The notes: a model not told the origin generated them from the sequence alone. A stretch of DNA of 64,000 nucleotides from Desulfobacterales bacterium (GCA_963674755.2 CAXXVS010000003.1:1-64000), one strand, 5' to 3'. Counted from the stretch's first letter, positions 1-10,723 are shown. Translations and numbers: made by a program.

Positions 1-253
1 CATTCTGCAAAGCGACGAGAATGTGAAAGCCATCCTGATCAACATCTTCGGTGGGATCTTGCGCTGCGACCGCTTGGCCAATGGTGTGGTTCAGGCCGCC
101 AAGAAGGTCGGCATGCGCGTACCGGTGATTATCCGCATGGAAGGCACCAACCTGGCGGAAGGGCGCAAGATTCTGGCTGAATCAGGCCTCGACCTGATCA
201 ATGCCAAGGACCTCAAGGACGCCGCCGAAAAATTGAAGGCAGCCATCCAGTAA
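1..253 (+). CDS. sucC: Succinyl-CoA synthetase beta subunit, 3' part (cut by window edge)
   Basis: C-terminal motifs [13 protein letters not shown] and RMEGTN; directly upstream of sucD. Confidence 0.95.
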   Translation, partial: ILQSDENVKAILINIFGGILRCDRLANGVVQAAKKVGMRVPVIIRMEGTNLAEGRKILAESGLDLINAKDLKDAAEKLKAAIQ

Positions 254-283
254 CCATCACCATCAATAGGCGAGGATTGAATT

Positions 284-1153
284 GTGAGCATACTAGTCAA
301 TAAGGAAACTAAGCTATTGGTGCAGGGTATTACTGGAAAAGAAGGCCAGTTTCATACCCGGGCATGCGTGGATTACGGCACACAGGTGGTGGCCGGGGTG
401 ACCCCCGGCAAGGGCGGCCAGAAAATGGACGAGATTCCCGTGTTCAACACGGTGGGCGACGCCGTCAAGACTACCGGCGCCGACGCCAGCATGATCTTCG
501 TGCCCCCGCCCTTTGCCGCCGACGCCATCATGGAAGCCGCCGACGCCGAAGTGCCCCTGATCGTTTGCATCACCGAGGGCATCCCGGTCATGGACATGAT
601 GCGGGTGAAGAACTACATCAAGGACAAGCCGGTGCGCCTCATCGGCCCCAACTGCCCCGGCATCATCACCCCCGGCGAGTGCAAGATCGGCATCATGCCC
701 GGCCCTATCCACAAGCCCGGCAAGATCGGTGTGGTCTCTCGCTCGGGCACCCTGACCTATGAAGCCGTCCACGCCCTGACCCTTACAGGTCTGGGCCAGA
801 CGACCTGCATCGGCATCGGCGGCGACCCGGTCAACGGCACCAACTTCATCGACTGCCTGGAACGGTTCCAGGCCGACGACGCCACCGAGGGCATCGTCAT
901 GATCGGCGAGATCGGCGGCGACGCCGAAGAGAAGGCCGCCGATTTCATCAAAGCCGACGTCACCAAACCGGTGGTGGGCTTCATCGCCGGTCTGACGGCG
1001 CCGCCCGGCCGCCGCATGGGTCACGCCGGCGCCATCATCAGCGGCAGCAGCGGCACCGGCCAGAGCAAGGTGGCCGCCATGAAGGCCAACGGAATCAACG
1101 TGTGCGAAAACCTCGCGTATCTCAGCGATGTCTGTGCCGAAACCTTCAAATGA
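284..1153 (+). CDS. sucD: Succinyl-CoA synthetase alpha subunit
   Basis: [21 protein letters not shown] and the phospho-His motif RMGHAGA. Confidence 0.98.
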   Translation: MSILVNKETKLLVQGITGKEGQFHTRACVDYGTQVVAGVTPGKGGQKMDEIPVFNTVGDAVKTTGADASMIFVPPPFAADAIMEAADAEVPLIVCITEGIPVMDMMRVKNYIKDKPVRLIGPNCPGIITPGECKIGIMPGPIHKPGKIGVVSRSGTLTYEAVHALTLTGLGQTTCIGIGGDPVNGTNFIDCLERFQADDATEGIVMIGEIGGDAEEKAADFIKADVTKPVVGFIAGLTAPPGRRMGHAGAIISGSSGTGQSKVAAMKANGINVCENLAYLSDVCAETFK

Positions 1154-1207
1154 TCAGCCAGCTTGGCAATCGGAAATGATGGCGCTGTTTTGGGGCTAAA
1201 ACAAAGC

Positions 1208-1239
1208 CGGGGCGGGATCTCTCCCCGCCCCGTTCTTTT
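1208..1239 (+). terminator. Intrinsic terminator after sucD
   Basis: Stem cggggcggg / cccgccccg followed by ttctttt. Confidence 0.65.
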
Positions 1240-1434
1240 GAAAAGCTTTTCCCACGATGCCCGGTGTCCATCCAGAAATAGGCACAGGTGGTCGCGATCT
1301 CCCGCTGAAGACGATACAGGACAGGCCCCCGCGGGAAGATTTTACCGCGAGCATACGGTTGATATTCCAAGGATAAAATTTCGAACGCAGGGCAACTATC
1401 GGGCAAATTGGCCATTGATGGATTCTATTATGAT

Positions 1435-1469
1435 AAAAAAGGACGGTCTGCTGAGACCGTCCTTTTTTT
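1435..1469. terminator. Bidirectional intrinsic terminator
   Basis: aaaaaa-ggacggtct-gctg-agaccgtcc-ttttttt. Confidence 0.8.
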
Positions 1470-1601
1470 ATTGCAGGTTGAACAATTCCGGCCTTGATGA
1501 TAATTGACCGACGTTGAATTCAACCGACGGGCGACGGAATTCGATAACCGGCCATCTATCCTCCGACTTCGGTCATCCGGCCTCCGTCATTGGAGAACGT
1601 C

Positions 1602-1958
1602 ATGCATGAAATGGGCATCGCCATGCAAATCGTGGAGATCGCTGCCGCATCGATTCCGGCGGACCTGGCCGGCAGCCGGATCGCTACCGTCAACCTGAAG
1701 GTCGGCAAGCTTTCCGCCATCGTGCCGGACAGCCTGCACTTCTGCTTCGAGGCGGTCTCAAGGGATACGGCCCTCGAGGGCGCCCGCCTGCATATCACGG
1801 AAGTACCGGTGCGTGCCGCCTGCAATGCCTGCCGCAACGAGTGGACCATCGACCAGCCGGCGTTTACCTGCCCTGCCTGCCAGAGCGCCGATATTACCCT
1901 GCTGACCGGACGTGAACTCGATATCGAATCCATCGAACTGGCTGAAGAGGAAAACTGA
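1602..1958 (+). CDS. hypA: Nickel metallochaperone HypA
   Basis: MHE N-terminus, two CxxC motifs (CNAC, CPAC), GREL. Confidence 0.95.
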   Translation: MHEMGIAMQIVEIAAASIPADLAGSRIATVNLKVGKLSAIVPDSLHFCFEAVSRDTALEGARLHITEVPVRAACNACRNEWTIDQPAFTCPACQSADITLLTGRELDIESIELAEEEN

Positions 1959-1959
1959 C

Positions 1960-2736
1960 ATGCTTCTAGACGGAATCAATGCCATCCGGGCCTGCCACCA
2001 CAAGGAGGGCCATCCGCATCACCACCCCCATGATGGCGCGGCGCCGGTGGAAACCCACACCCATGGCGGGCGCGAAATCAAGGTTGTGCGCCGCGTGCTG
2101 GATGCCAACGATATCATGGCCGCCGCCAACCGCAAACGGTTTGCCGAACAGCGGATCTTCGTGCTCAACCTGATGAGCTCCCCCGGCTCCGGCAAAACCA
2201 CCACGCTGGAGCAAACCCTGCAGCGCCTCATGCCCGAATTCCACTGCGCCGTTATCGTGGGCGACATCTGCACCACGGCCGATGCCGACCGCCTAGCCGC
2301 CAGCGGCGCGCCGGTGGTGCAGATCAATACCGACGAGTTCGGCGGTGACTGCCACCTGGCCGCCCACGTCATCGAAAAAGCCTTGGGGGGGCTGGACCTG
2401 GAAGCCATCGATATCCTCATCGTGGAGAACATCGGCAACTTGGTGTGCCCGGCCGAATTCGACATCGGCGAGGACAAACGGGCCGTGATTCTGAGCGTCA
2501 CGGAGGGGGAAGACAAGCCCCTCAAATACCCCCTCATGTTCCGGGAATGCGACGCCGCCCTGCTGAACAAAATCGACCTGCTGCCCTATCTGGACTACGA
2601 CATCAAACTGGCCGCCGCCAATATCCTTCAGATCCACCCCGGTATACCGGTCTTCGAAACCTCCGCCAAAACCGAAGAAGGCTTCGCCCCCTGGCTGGAG
2701 TGGATCAAGACTTGCGCAAAAGAAAAACTTGGCTAA
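1960..2736 (+). CDS. hypB: Nickel-insertion GTPase HypB
   Basis: His-rich N-terminus, SSPGSGKTT, CHL, ENIGNLVCPAEF, DKPLKYP, NKID. Confidence 0.96.
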   Translation: MLLDGINAIRACHHKEGHPHHHPHDGAAPVETHTHGGREIKVVRRVLDANDIMAAANRKRFAEQRIFVLNLMSSPGSGKTTTLEQTLQRLMPEFHCAVIVGDICTTADADRLAASGAPVVQINTDEFGGDCHLAAHVIEKALGGLDLEAIDILIVENIGNLVCPAEFDIGEDKRAVILSVTEGEDKPLKYPLMFRECDAALLNKIDLLPYLDYDIKLAAANILQIHPGIPVFETSAKTEEGFAPWLEWIKTCAKEKLG

Positions 2737-2784
2737 AGCGCCTTTAAGACCTGCCATCTTTGGCTCTGCGCGCTTTTAGACAAT

Positions 2785-2825
2785 AAAAAAGCCGCCGAAA
2801 GCAGTTTGCTTTTAGCGGCCTTTTA
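2785..2825. terminator. Bidirectional terminator between convergent hypB and serA
   Basis: A-run, imperfect stem gccgccgaaagca / tgcttttagcggc, T-run. Confidence 0.65.
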
Positions 2826-2851
2826 AATTTTAAGATAGCGGCCGTTGGCCG

Positions 2852-4444
2852 CTATCTTAAGTGGACTTGCTTGACCGACACCATATTCGGCAGCTTGCGG
2901 ATATCCTCAATGGTGCTGTCGTCGGCGGTTGCATCGATATTGACCATACAGACGGCCCGGTCGCCCAGGCGGCCCAACTGGAAGCGGCCGATATTGATGC
3001 CGTGCTTGCCCAGGGTCTGGCCCACATTGCCGATCACGCCGGGTTTGTCGATGTTCTGGATGATAATCATCGACCCTTCGGGAATGGCATCCATGTAAAT
3101 CTTGCCGAAGCGGACGATCCGCGGATGTTTGTCGCCGAAAATCGTTCCCCATATCTCGTCGGGACCTTCGCTGTAACCCTCCAGCCGCATGCGGATGGTC
3201 CCGGTGTAGCTGCCGCGATCCTTGTTGAGGGTTTCCTTGACCTTGATGCCCTTGGCTTTGGCAATGGCCCGGGCATTGACGAAATTGACCGGCTTATCGG
3301 TAAACACCCCCAGAAATCCCTTCAACGCCGCATTGGTCAAAGGGCGTGTTTCCAATCCGGCCACATCGCCGGAAAAGGTCATGGTGATGTCGTGGATACC
3401 GGTCACCATCTGCCCCATGAGGGTCCCCATTTTTTCGGCGAGGTCCACCCAGGGTTTGATCTGGGCCATGACTTCCCGCGAAACGGACGGGAAGTTGACC
3501 GCGTGGACGATGACGTCGTGCAACAGATAGGCGGCCATCTGGTTGGCGATCATCTCGGCCACCTTGACCTGGGCCTCGCCGGTGCTGGCGCCCAGATGGG
3601 GCGTAAAAATGACGCGGGGGTGCTGCAAAAGCGGCAGGGCGGGATCCGGCGGCTCCACGGGCAGCACATCCAGGGCCGCGCCGGCCACCTGACCGCTTTC
3701 CAGCGCAGCGTACAAATCATCCAGGTTGACCACTTCCCCCCGGGAGCAATTGAGCAGGCGAACGCCCGGCTTCATGCGGCCCAGGGTAGCGGCATTGATC
3801 ATGTTGACGGTTTCCTTGAGCTTCGGCACATGGAGGGTAATAAAATCGGCCCGCGCGTAAAGGTCGTCGCTGTCCACCAGCTCCACATGCAACGCTTCGG
3901 CCGCCTCGGCACTTACGAATGGATCGGCAGCGATCACTTTCATGCGCAATCCGTTGGCCAGGGTGGCCACCTCGCGGCCGATATGGCCCAGGCCCAGGAT
4001 GCCCAGCGTCTTGCCGGTCAACTCCACACCGGTGAGAATTTTCTTATCCCAGCGCCCCGCTTTCAGGGACGAGGTCCCTTGGGGAATGTTGCGTGCCAGG
4101 GCCAGCAGCATGGCCATGGCGTGCTCGCCGGTGGTGACCGTATTGCCACCCGGGGCATTCATCACGACCACGCCGTCGCGGGTGGCGGCCTCCACATCGA
4201 TATTGTCCACCCCGATGCCGGCCCGGCCGATGACTTTGAGGTTGTTGGCCCGGGCCAAAACGGCTTCCGTCACCCGGGTGCCGGAGCGCACGGCCAGCCC
4301 GTGAAATTCGCCGATGATTTCGGCCAGGCGTTCCGGATCGTTGGTGGTCTTGTCGTTGTCCACCACCACTTCGATCTGTCCGGTGGCTTCCAGAATTTCC
4401 TTTGCGACGGGAGACATGCTGTCTCGAATCATGACCTTGAACAT
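2852..4444 (-). CDS. serA: D-3-phosphoglycerate dehydrogenase with C-terminal regulatory domains
   Basis: RAGIGVDNID, GLGHIG, TPHLGAST, ACT-type DKPGVIG. Confidence 0.93.
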   Translation of the reverse strand: MFKVMIRDSMSPVAKEILEATGQIEVVVDNDKTTNDPERLAEIIGEFHGLAVRSGTRVTEAVLARANNLKVIGRAGIGVDNIDVEAATRDGVVVMNAPGGNTVTTGEHAMAMLLALARNIPQGTSSLKAGRWDKKILTGVELTGKTLGILGLGHIGREVATLANGLRMKVIAADPFVSAEAAEALHVELVDSDDLYARADFITLHVPKLKETVNMINAATLGRMKPGVRLLNCSRGEVVNLDDLYAALESGQVAGAALDVLPVEPPDPALPLLQHPRVIFTPHLGASTGEAQVKVAEMIANQMAAYLLHDVIVHAVNFPSVSREVMAQIKPWVDLAEKMGTLMGQMVTGIHDITMTFSGDVAGLETRPLTNAALKGFLGVFTDKPVNFVNARAIAKAKGIKVKETLNKDRGSYTGTIRMRLEGYSEGPDEIWGTIFGDKHPRIVRFGKIYMDAIPEGSMIIIQNIDKPGVIGNVGQTLGKHGINIGRFQLGRLGDRAVCMVNIDATADDSTIEDIRKLPNMVSVKQVHLR

Positions 4445-4722
4445 GGTCGCTCCATCCCTCCTTGGTAGGGTCACCGGTAGGCGGTCTTGTTTTAACCGGG
4501 TCCGAAAGGCGGCTCTATATCACAATCAGGCGCCTTTTAGCAAAGTTGAATTCCGTCTCGTCCGAGTATCCGCCTCAATGGGACGACTTTTGACTTCCTC
4601 ATGCGGAACGCTTAACTTGGAAGGAGAAACCGGCCTGATGCCTTGGGGTCATCATGGGTTGGGGCAAACGTGCCGTCCCGAGGAGGTTCATGACCCCTGT
4701 ATCGGCCAGAGGGAGGTCCACC

Positions 4723-5577
4723 ATGCGTTTGCGACGCACCGCTTTCGCCGGCCGCTGGTATCCCGACGATGAACGATCCTGTCGGGCTCAGATCGAACAA
4801 TTTTTGGATGAGAAATTCAGGGATGTCGATCTGCCGGGCGCCCCCCAGGCCGGCATCGTTCCCCATGCCGGCTGGTTTTTTTCAGGCGCGGTCGCCTGCC
4901 AGGTCATCCAGGCGTTGGGCGAACGTGACGCTCCGGACGCGGTGGTTCTCTTCGGCATGCATATGCATCCCGGGCAGCGTCCGGTCATCATGGACCGGGG
5001 CGCCTGGGAAACCCCCCTGGGTCATCTGCCCATCGCCGAGGATCTGGCCGCCTACTTGACCGAACGGCTCACCTTCACCATCGAAGGGCCGGAAGACCCC
5101 AGCCGGGACAACACCATCGAACTCCAGCTGCCCTTTGTGCGCCACTTTTTTGGCGAAGTCCCGATTCTGCCCGTTGGCGTACCCCCGTCGGATCTGGCCC
5201 TGCGCATCGCGGAAACCGTCGTGGCGGGCGCCCATGATCTGGGCCTGAAGTTAAAAATCGTGGGCTCCACCGATTTGACCCACTACGGCCCCAACTATGG
5301 ATTCACCCGCCACGGGAGCGGTGCCCCGGCGGTTGAATGGGTTAAAACGGACAACGACCGGCGCTTTATCGAGTCCGCCCTGGGGTTGGATCCGGAAGCG
5401 GTCATTCAAGGGGGATTGCAGCGCCAGAATGCCTGTTGCAGCGGTGCCGCCGCGGCCACGATCCAGGCTGCGCAGCTGCTGGGGGCATCCCAAGGGATTT
5501 TGATGGCGCACACGACCAGCTACGACAAAATCCCCGGCGACAGTTTTGTGGGCTATGCCGGCATTGCCTTTTGCTGA
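4723..5577 (+). CDS. amrB: AmmeMemoRadiSam system protein B (MEMO1 family)
   Basis: AGRWYP, IVPHAGWFFSG, ELQLPF, STDLTHYG, VGYAGI; RBS gggagg. Confidence 0.88.
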   Translation: MRLRRTAFAGRWYPDDERSCRAQIEQFLDEKFRDVDLPGAPQAGIVPHAGWFFSGAVACQVIQALGERDAPDAVVLFGMHMHPGQRPVIMDRGAWETPLGHLPIAEDLAAYLTERLTFTIEGPEDPSRDNTIELQLPFVRHFFGEVPILPVGVPPSDLALRIAETVVAGAHDLGLKLKIVGSTDLTHYGPNYGFTRHGSGAPAVEWVKTDNDRRFIESALGLDPEAVIQGGLQRQNACCSGAAAATIQAAQLLGASQGILMAHTTSYDKIPGDSFVGYAGIAFC

Positions 5578-5626
5578 TGACCGGTCGCATGGTTGTTACT
5601 GGCGGCCGACAGCCCGGCTGGTAATG

Positions 5627-5968
5627 CTAAACCGCCGGTTCCCTGAACAGCGTGTAACGGAGCTCCAGTTGATCACGCCCCTGTCCGCCGCCTTTGTCCA
5701 CGATGACCCGCCAGGAAGAATGATTCTCCAGCAGGGCCAGGGCCTGGGTGATACGCGCCAGGATGGCGGCCGGCTCCGCTCCCCGCAAAGTGATGCGTTC
5801 ACGCTCATCGAAAGAAACCGCGTCGTTGGCGCTCATCCCTTGAGGAAGGCCCACCAGCACGGAACCCTCCCCTATATCGACCAGGGCCCGGTTAAGCGCC
5901 GCGGCCAGCCGCGGGGCGATGGGCGACAGGTCCCGATGCAGTTCACGGGACAATTCATAGGGTGTCAT
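5627..5968 (-). CDS. Hypothetical protein, 113 aa
   Basis: Clean ATG ORF with RBS (gagga) just downstream of glnS; no family recognised. Confidence 0.7.
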   Translation of the reverse strand: MTPYELSRELHRDLSPIAPRLAAALNRALVDIGEGSVLVGLPQGMSANDAVSFDERERITLRGAEPAAILARITQALALLENHSSWRVIVDKGGGQGRDQLELRYTLFREPAV

Positions 5969-6002
5969 CAGGAATGTCCTCTGCTATTTCAACAGGCCGC
6001 CA

Positions 6003-7709
6003 TCAGCCCGCCTTGGGGGGTGCCTGCTTCGATTGCCGTTCGATTTTCGCCCAGGGATCCCGCAGGGTCACCGTACGGTTGAAAACCGGCCGTTCCGCTG
6101 TGCTGTCCCGGTGATCCAGGCAAAAATACCCCATCCGTTCGAATTGAACCGTGGCGCCCGCCGCGATGCGTCCCAGGGCCGGCTCGAGCTTACAGCCAGC
6201 CAGGGTTTCCAGGGAGGCTGGATTCAGGCAGGTGCGGAAATCCCCCTCACCGGCCGCTTCCGGATCCGGTTCGGTGAACAGGCGGTCATAGAGCCGCACG
6301 TCGGCCTCAATGGCCTGGGCCGCCGCAACCCAATGCAGCGTGGACTTAACCTTGCGGCCGTCCGGGGCATCCCCGCCGCGGGTGGCCGGATCGTAGGTGC
6401 AGCGCAGTTCGATCACCTCGCCGCTGGCCGGGTCCTTGACCACGTCGACACAGGTGAGGAAATAGGCGTAGCGCAGGCGAACCTCCCGGCCGGGCGCCAG
6501 GCGGAAAAATTTCTTGGGCGGGTCTTCCCGAAAATCTTCCTTTTCGATGTAAATCACTTTGCCGAAGGGAATGCGGCGCGTACCGAAAGAAGGATCGGTG
6601 GGGTGGTTCAAGGCTTCCAACTCTTCTTGCCCGTCTTCCGGGTAATTTTCGATGACCACCCGCAGGGGATTTAAGACCGCCATGTAGCGGGGCGCCCGAT
6701 CGTTCAAATCTTCGCGCACACTGTATTCCAGCAAGGCCACATCCACCATGCTGTCCCTTTTGGCAACCCCGATGCGGTCGCAGAAGTTCCGGATGGCTTC
6801 CGGGCTGTAGCCCCGCCGCCGGATGCCCGAAAGGGTCGGCATGCGGGGATCGTCCCACCCATCGACGATCTTCTCTGCCACCAGCTTGAGCAATTTGCGC
6901 TTGCTCAACACGGTGTAGCTGAGGTTGAGGCGGGCGAACTCATACTGCCGGGGCCGGCTTTTCACCGGCAGGTTGTCGATAAACCAGTCGTAGAGGGCAC
7001 GGTTGTTCTCGAACTCCAGGGTACAGATAGAGTGGGTGACCCCCTCGATGGAATCCGAGAGCCCATGGGCGAAATCGTAAAGGGGATAAATGCACCATTG
7101 ATCCCCGGTGCGGTGGTGGGCCACTTTGCGGATGCGATAGATGGTGGGGTCGCGCAGGCTCAGGTTGGGGGCCGCCATGTCGATCTTGGCCCGCAGGACA
7201 TGGGTGCCGTCGGCGAAGTCACCATTGCGCATGCGCTCGAAGAGATCCAGATTTTCCGCCACCGTGCGCTCCCGGTAGGGGCTGTTGCGCCCGGGCTCCG
7301 TCAGGGTCCCGCGGTATTCGCGAATCTGCTCCGCACTCAGGCTGTCCACATACGCTTTGCCGTCTTTGATCAGTTGAACGGCATATTCATAGAGCTGCTC
7401 GAAATAGTCGGAAGCGTAGTACTCGCGGTCCTCCCAGTCAAACCCCAGCCAGCGCACGTCCGCCTTGATGGATTCCACATACTCCACTTCTTCTTTGGTG
7501 GGGTTGGTGTCGTCGAAGCGCAGATTGCAGACCCCGTTGTAGTCCCGCGCCAGTCCGAAATTGAGGCAGATGGATTTGGCGTGGCCCATGTGCAGGTAGC
7601 CGTTGGGCTCGGGTGGGAAGCGCGTCATGATGGACGAATGCCGGCCGGAATCCAGATCAGCTTCGATAATCTCGCGGATAAAATTGGAAGGGACCGCTTT
7701 TTCGCTCAT
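6003..7709 (-). CDS. glnS: Glutaminyl-tRNA synthetase
   Basis: [41 protein letters not shown]. Confidence 0.97.
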   Translation of the reverse strand: MSEKAVPSNFIREIIEADLDSGRHSSIMTRFPPEPNGYLHMGHAKSICLNFGLARDYNGVCNLRFDDTNPTKEEVEYVESIKADVRWLGFDWEDREYYASDYFEQLYEYAVQLIKDGKAYVDSLSAEQIREYRGTLTEPGRNSPYRERTVAENLDLFERMRNGDFADGTHVLRAKIDMAAPNLSLRDPTIYRIRKVAHHRTGDQWCIYPLYDFAHGLSDSIEGVTHSICTLEFENNRALYDWFIDNLPVKSRPRQYEFARLNLSYTVLSKRKLLKLVAEKIVDGWDDPRMPTLSGIRRRGYSPEAIRNFCDRIGVAKRDSMVDVALLEYSVREDLNDRAPRYMAVLNPLRVVIENYPEDGQEELEALNHPTDPSFGTRRIPFGKVIYIEKEDFREDPPKKFFRLAPGREVRLRYAYFLTCVDVVKDPASGEVIELRCTYDPATRGGDAPDGRKVKSTLHWVAAAQAIEADVRLYDRLFTEPDPEAAGEGDFRTCLNPASLETLAGCKLEPALGRIAAGATVQFERMGYFCLDHRDSTAERPVFNRTVTLRDPWAKIERQSKQAPPKAG

Positions 7710-7903
7710 ATTAACCGTCCTAATCGTGTTGGTCTTTTTGTCTTGATCGCGCACGTACGCGGTGTGGTGTGGTGTCCCGCCGCTACACCCAAGCGGCAGG
7801 ACATAACCCTGTCATTGTCATTATAACGCCCGGATATTTCCAAGCAAGCCTTCCTGAAAAGGGGAAGCGCTTTGGGCAAAGGCGGTGGACCGTTTTTACG
7901 GTC

Positions 7904-9043
7904 TCACCCGTCTGAACCTCCCGGCGGTTGCGGTGCGGCCACCCCCATCCGGCCTGGTATGTCAGGCATGGTGGGGTCGCTGGTCGGGTACAAACGCACA
8001 AAATCATCGCTGCGGTTTCGGCTCCGGACCCCTTCTTCAATCAGGTCCGCGAGTTGGCTGGCGACGATTACCGTGTAATGACCCTGGTCCCAGTAATGGG
8101 AATCGTCGGTGGTAATCGGGGAGACGATATTAAAATCAAGGAGCCAGGTCTTGGGATGGTTGCGAGCGATATCGGTTAAACGGCGCAAGAATTCACGCCG
8201 GCGGATTTCCTCCTCTGAGCCTGGATGGGGCTGAGCGTAGTAGTGAAAGGGGGTTATGAAAAGAACTTTTACGGTTTCCGCCGGGAGCTTGTCCAACATT
8301 CGCGTCAGGACCCCCAACTGCGGAAACTGCATGGCCCGGATGGCTTCGGGAGACAGTCGAACCGGCGGCTCCACCGCCCGAACCGGTTTGGGTTTCAGGG
8401 TGCCATAGATTTTGACCCGGGCCCGGTTCAAATCGTACTCGTCCATGGGTTTGGTAAAATCCGTATAACCGTCGCGGCCGTACTTGTATGTTTTCAGTCC
8501 GGTAACGGTCAAAAATTCACGCCAGGCATGCGTGAGGGTCTTGAGGCGGTATGGGGGCAAATTATTGTAAGGATTCTTATCGTACAGCCACTCCGGCCAG
8601 ATGGATGAATCCTCCCCATGGGGCTGGAAGTATTTTTCCTCAAAATAGAGGTGGTCGATACCGAAAATGACGGTTTTGGGCTTCGGGTGATACCGCAGAA
8701 AGATATCAAATATCGTTTCCTGCTCGAAAACCGAGGCGGCGTTCATGGCCAGATTGACGAAGCGGCTGTTCAGCTTGGGGTTCAATTCATCCGGTTTCAG
8801 CAGACGCACCGTGGAGGTGCCGATGACGGCGCTGTCAAACCGGGCGGAGCGGGCCAGCGCCGGATAAAAATAGGGCTGATCACGGTCGACGGGCACCCGG
8901 TCCCATTTTGGGGAAAAGGGGATCGAATCGTAGGGATCCACCACCACAATGAAGGCGTAGCCACCGATAAACAGTGCCGCCAGCAGGATAACAAACAGGC
9001 GGAAAAAAGGTTTCCACCCCTTGTCAGAACTGAAAATAGACAA
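7904..9043 (-). CDS. Membrane-anchored SGNH-like protein, likely partner of the MBOAT
   Basis: N-terminal TM helix, IGTST (GxS) and C-terminal DQGH (DxxH); probable TTG start overlapping the MBOAT 3' end. Confidence 0.7.
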   Translation of the reverse strand: MSIFSSDKGWKPFFRLFVILLAALFIGGYAFIVVVDPYDSIPFSPKWDRVPVDRDQPYFYPALARSARFDSAVIGTSTVRLLKPDELNPKLNSRFVNLAMNAASVFEQETIFDIFLRYHPKPKTVIFGIDHLYFEEKYFQPHGEDSSIWPEWLYDKNPYNNLPPYRLKTLTHAWREFLTVTGLKTYKYGRDGYTDFTKPMDEYDLNRARVKIYGTLKPKPVRAVEPPVRLSPEAIRAMQFPQLGVLTRMLDKLPAETVKVLFITPFHYYAQPHPGSEEEIRRREFLRRLTDIARNHPKTWLLDFNIVSPITTDDSHYWDQGHYTVIVASQLADLIEEGVRSRNRSDDFVRLYPTSDPTMPDIPGRMGVAAPQPPGGSDG

Positions 9044-10406
9044 ATTCAGAATATCCCTGATCCCCGATGCGCAGGACCAAATAGAAAAACACGCTCGCCG
9101 CAAGAGCCGCGAATATCGGCCGCGGCTGCAATTTCTCGAACGCGACTTGCTGGCTGGTAGGCCCCAGCAGGGCCGGCAGCGCGAAAATCAAGACGCTCCA
9201 ACGAAGCGGCACACCATGCACGGCCAGCGACCAGCCGTTCCAGCCCGTCATGGTGGCCATCATGATCCAGGCATCGGACAGCGTTGCGGAACGGAAAAGA
9301 ACCCAGCCGAAGATCACGAACAGCATGGTAAGCGGCCAGGCCGTGCCCCGCGGCAAGCGCAGGCCCGTCTTTTCCCACAGGTGGTTGGCCGCCAATCCAA
9401 CCCCATGCAGCCCGCCCCAGAGCACGAAAGTCCAACCGGCACCATGCCACAACCCCCCCAGCAGCATGGTGACCAAGAGGGCGGCGATCTGACGCGGCAG
9501 CCCGTACCGGTTGCCCCCCATCGGGATGTATAAATAGTCGCGTAAAAACCGGGATAAGGTAATGTGCCAGCGACGCCAGAAATCACGGACGGAAAACGCC
9601 CGGTAGGGTGCATTGAAATTGATGGGAATCATAAACCCGAAAAGCAGCCCAAGACCGATCGCCATATCGGAATATCCCGAAAAATCGAAATATAATTGAA
9701 GGGTATAGCCGCCGGCCGCCACCCAGGCCTCGGCCAGGGTGAGGCTTTTGCCATGGGCAATCAATGTGAAGAGCGGTGTTGCGATTTCAGCCAAGGCATC
9801 CGCCAGGATGACCTTTTTAAAAAGCCCGATTAAAAACAGCACGGCCCCCCGGGACAAACGCTCAGCCTGGCCGTCGCGCATGGGCGCCAGTCCGAACTGG
9901 TCAATCAACTCATTATGCCGGACGATCGGACCGGCGATCAACTGCGGGAAAAAGGTGACATAGAGCGCATATTGCCGGAAAGGGTAGACGGGCGCTCGGC
10001 CCCCGCGCAAATCCAAGAGATAGGAAATCTGCTGGAAGGTGAAAAAACTGATGCCCAAAGGGAGCACGATATCCCAGGGGGCAAAACCTTCGCCGGCGGC
10101 GTGCACCACGTTGCCGGCGAAAAAGTTGGCATATTTGAAAATGCCGATGATCACGAGATTGGCCATGACCCCTGCCAGGGGCAGGGCGGGATGGCCACTT
10201 TTCCCGTAAAGGTGCGCCAACAGCCAGTTCAGGGCCACGGAAGTCAGCAATAGAGGGAGAAAGCGGACATCCCAATAAGCGTAGAACACAAGGGAGGCCA
10301 GCAGCAACCAGCCCATTCGCCATTCGGGTCGATTGGCCAAGAGGTAGTACACACCCAAGGTGATCGGCAGGAAAACGACTAAAAATACCTGTGAATTAAA
10401 TAACAT
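9024..10406 (-). CDS. MBOAT O-acyltransferase (AlgI/DltB-like)
   Basis: LPLGISFFTFQ, FFPQLIAGPI, DFSGYSDMA, FWRRWHITLS, GLWHGA, terminal FVYFQF. Confidence 0.93.
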   Translation of the reverse strand: MLFNSQVFLVVFLPITLGVYYLLANRPEWRMGWLLLASLVFYAYWDVRFLPLLLTSVALNWLLAHLYGKSGHPALPLAGVMANLVIIGIFKYANFFAGNVVHAAGEGFAPWDIVLPLGISFFTFQQISYLLDLRGGRAPVYPFRQYALYVTFFPQLIAGPIVRHNELIDQFGLAPMRDGQAERLSRGAVLFLIGLFKKVILADALAEIATPLFTLIAHGKSLTLAEAWVAAGGYTLQLYFDFSGYSDMAIGLGLLFGFMIPINFNAPYRAFSVRDFWRRWHITLSRFLRDYLYIPMGGNRYGLPRQIAALLVTMLLGGLWHGAGWTFVLWGGLHGVGLAANHLWEKTGLRLPRGTAWPLTMLFVIFGWVLFRSATLSDAWIMMATMTGWNGWSLAVHGVPLRWSVLIFALPALLGPTSQQVAFEKLQPRPIFAALAASVFFYLVLRIGDQGYSEFVYFQF

Positions 10407-10537
10407 AACAGCAAGCCCCGTCTGAGGCTGACCTCAACGATGTAACGCGGGAACCCGCGGTGACGGACCGTCTCCAAATCACCCTTCAGGATGGCGGTAT
10501 CGGAATCCCGGGAAAAAATCCTTTGCGGCCCAAAACG

Positions 10538-10572
10538 AAAAAGGAGTTGCGGTCAAGCACCACAACTCCTTT
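10538..10572 (-). terminator. Terminator downstream of tRNA-Gln
   Basis: Inverted repeat aaaggagttg / caactccttt with T-run on the minus strand. Confidence 0.6.
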
Positions 10573-10580
10573 GGAAGGCT

Positions 10581-10654
10581 TGGCTGAGGGACCAGGATTC
10601 GAACCTGGATTGACGGAGTCAGAGTCCGTAGTCCTGCCATTGGACGATCCCCCA
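10581..10654 (-). tRNA. tRNA-Gln (anticodon CTG)
   Basis: Minus strand TGGGGGATCGTCCAATGGCAGGAC...GACT-CTG-ACTC...GGTTCGAATCC...TCCCTCAGCCA; cloverleaf with encoded CCA. Confidence 0.97.
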
Positions 10655-10723
10655 ATCGAATACAGGGAAAATCCCCTACCGTAAATTGCCAGAGGAGTCA
10701 AGTTTTTTTGAAAGGAGCGGCCC

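Noticed and set aside
2861..4468. 535-aa ORF antisense to serA, and similar long shadows (13630-14946, 18121-19173, 30043-31584, 39209-40417, 45595-46800, 61951-63090)
   Set aside because: Opposite-strand mirrors of well-supported genes, expected from high GC3; no recognisable motifs
7761..7775. ggtgt x3 microrepeat upstream of glnS
   Set aside because: Too short to distinguish from chance
10406..10654. Integrative element at tRNA-Gln
   Set aside because: No integrase and no duplicated tRNA 3' end noticed in the window
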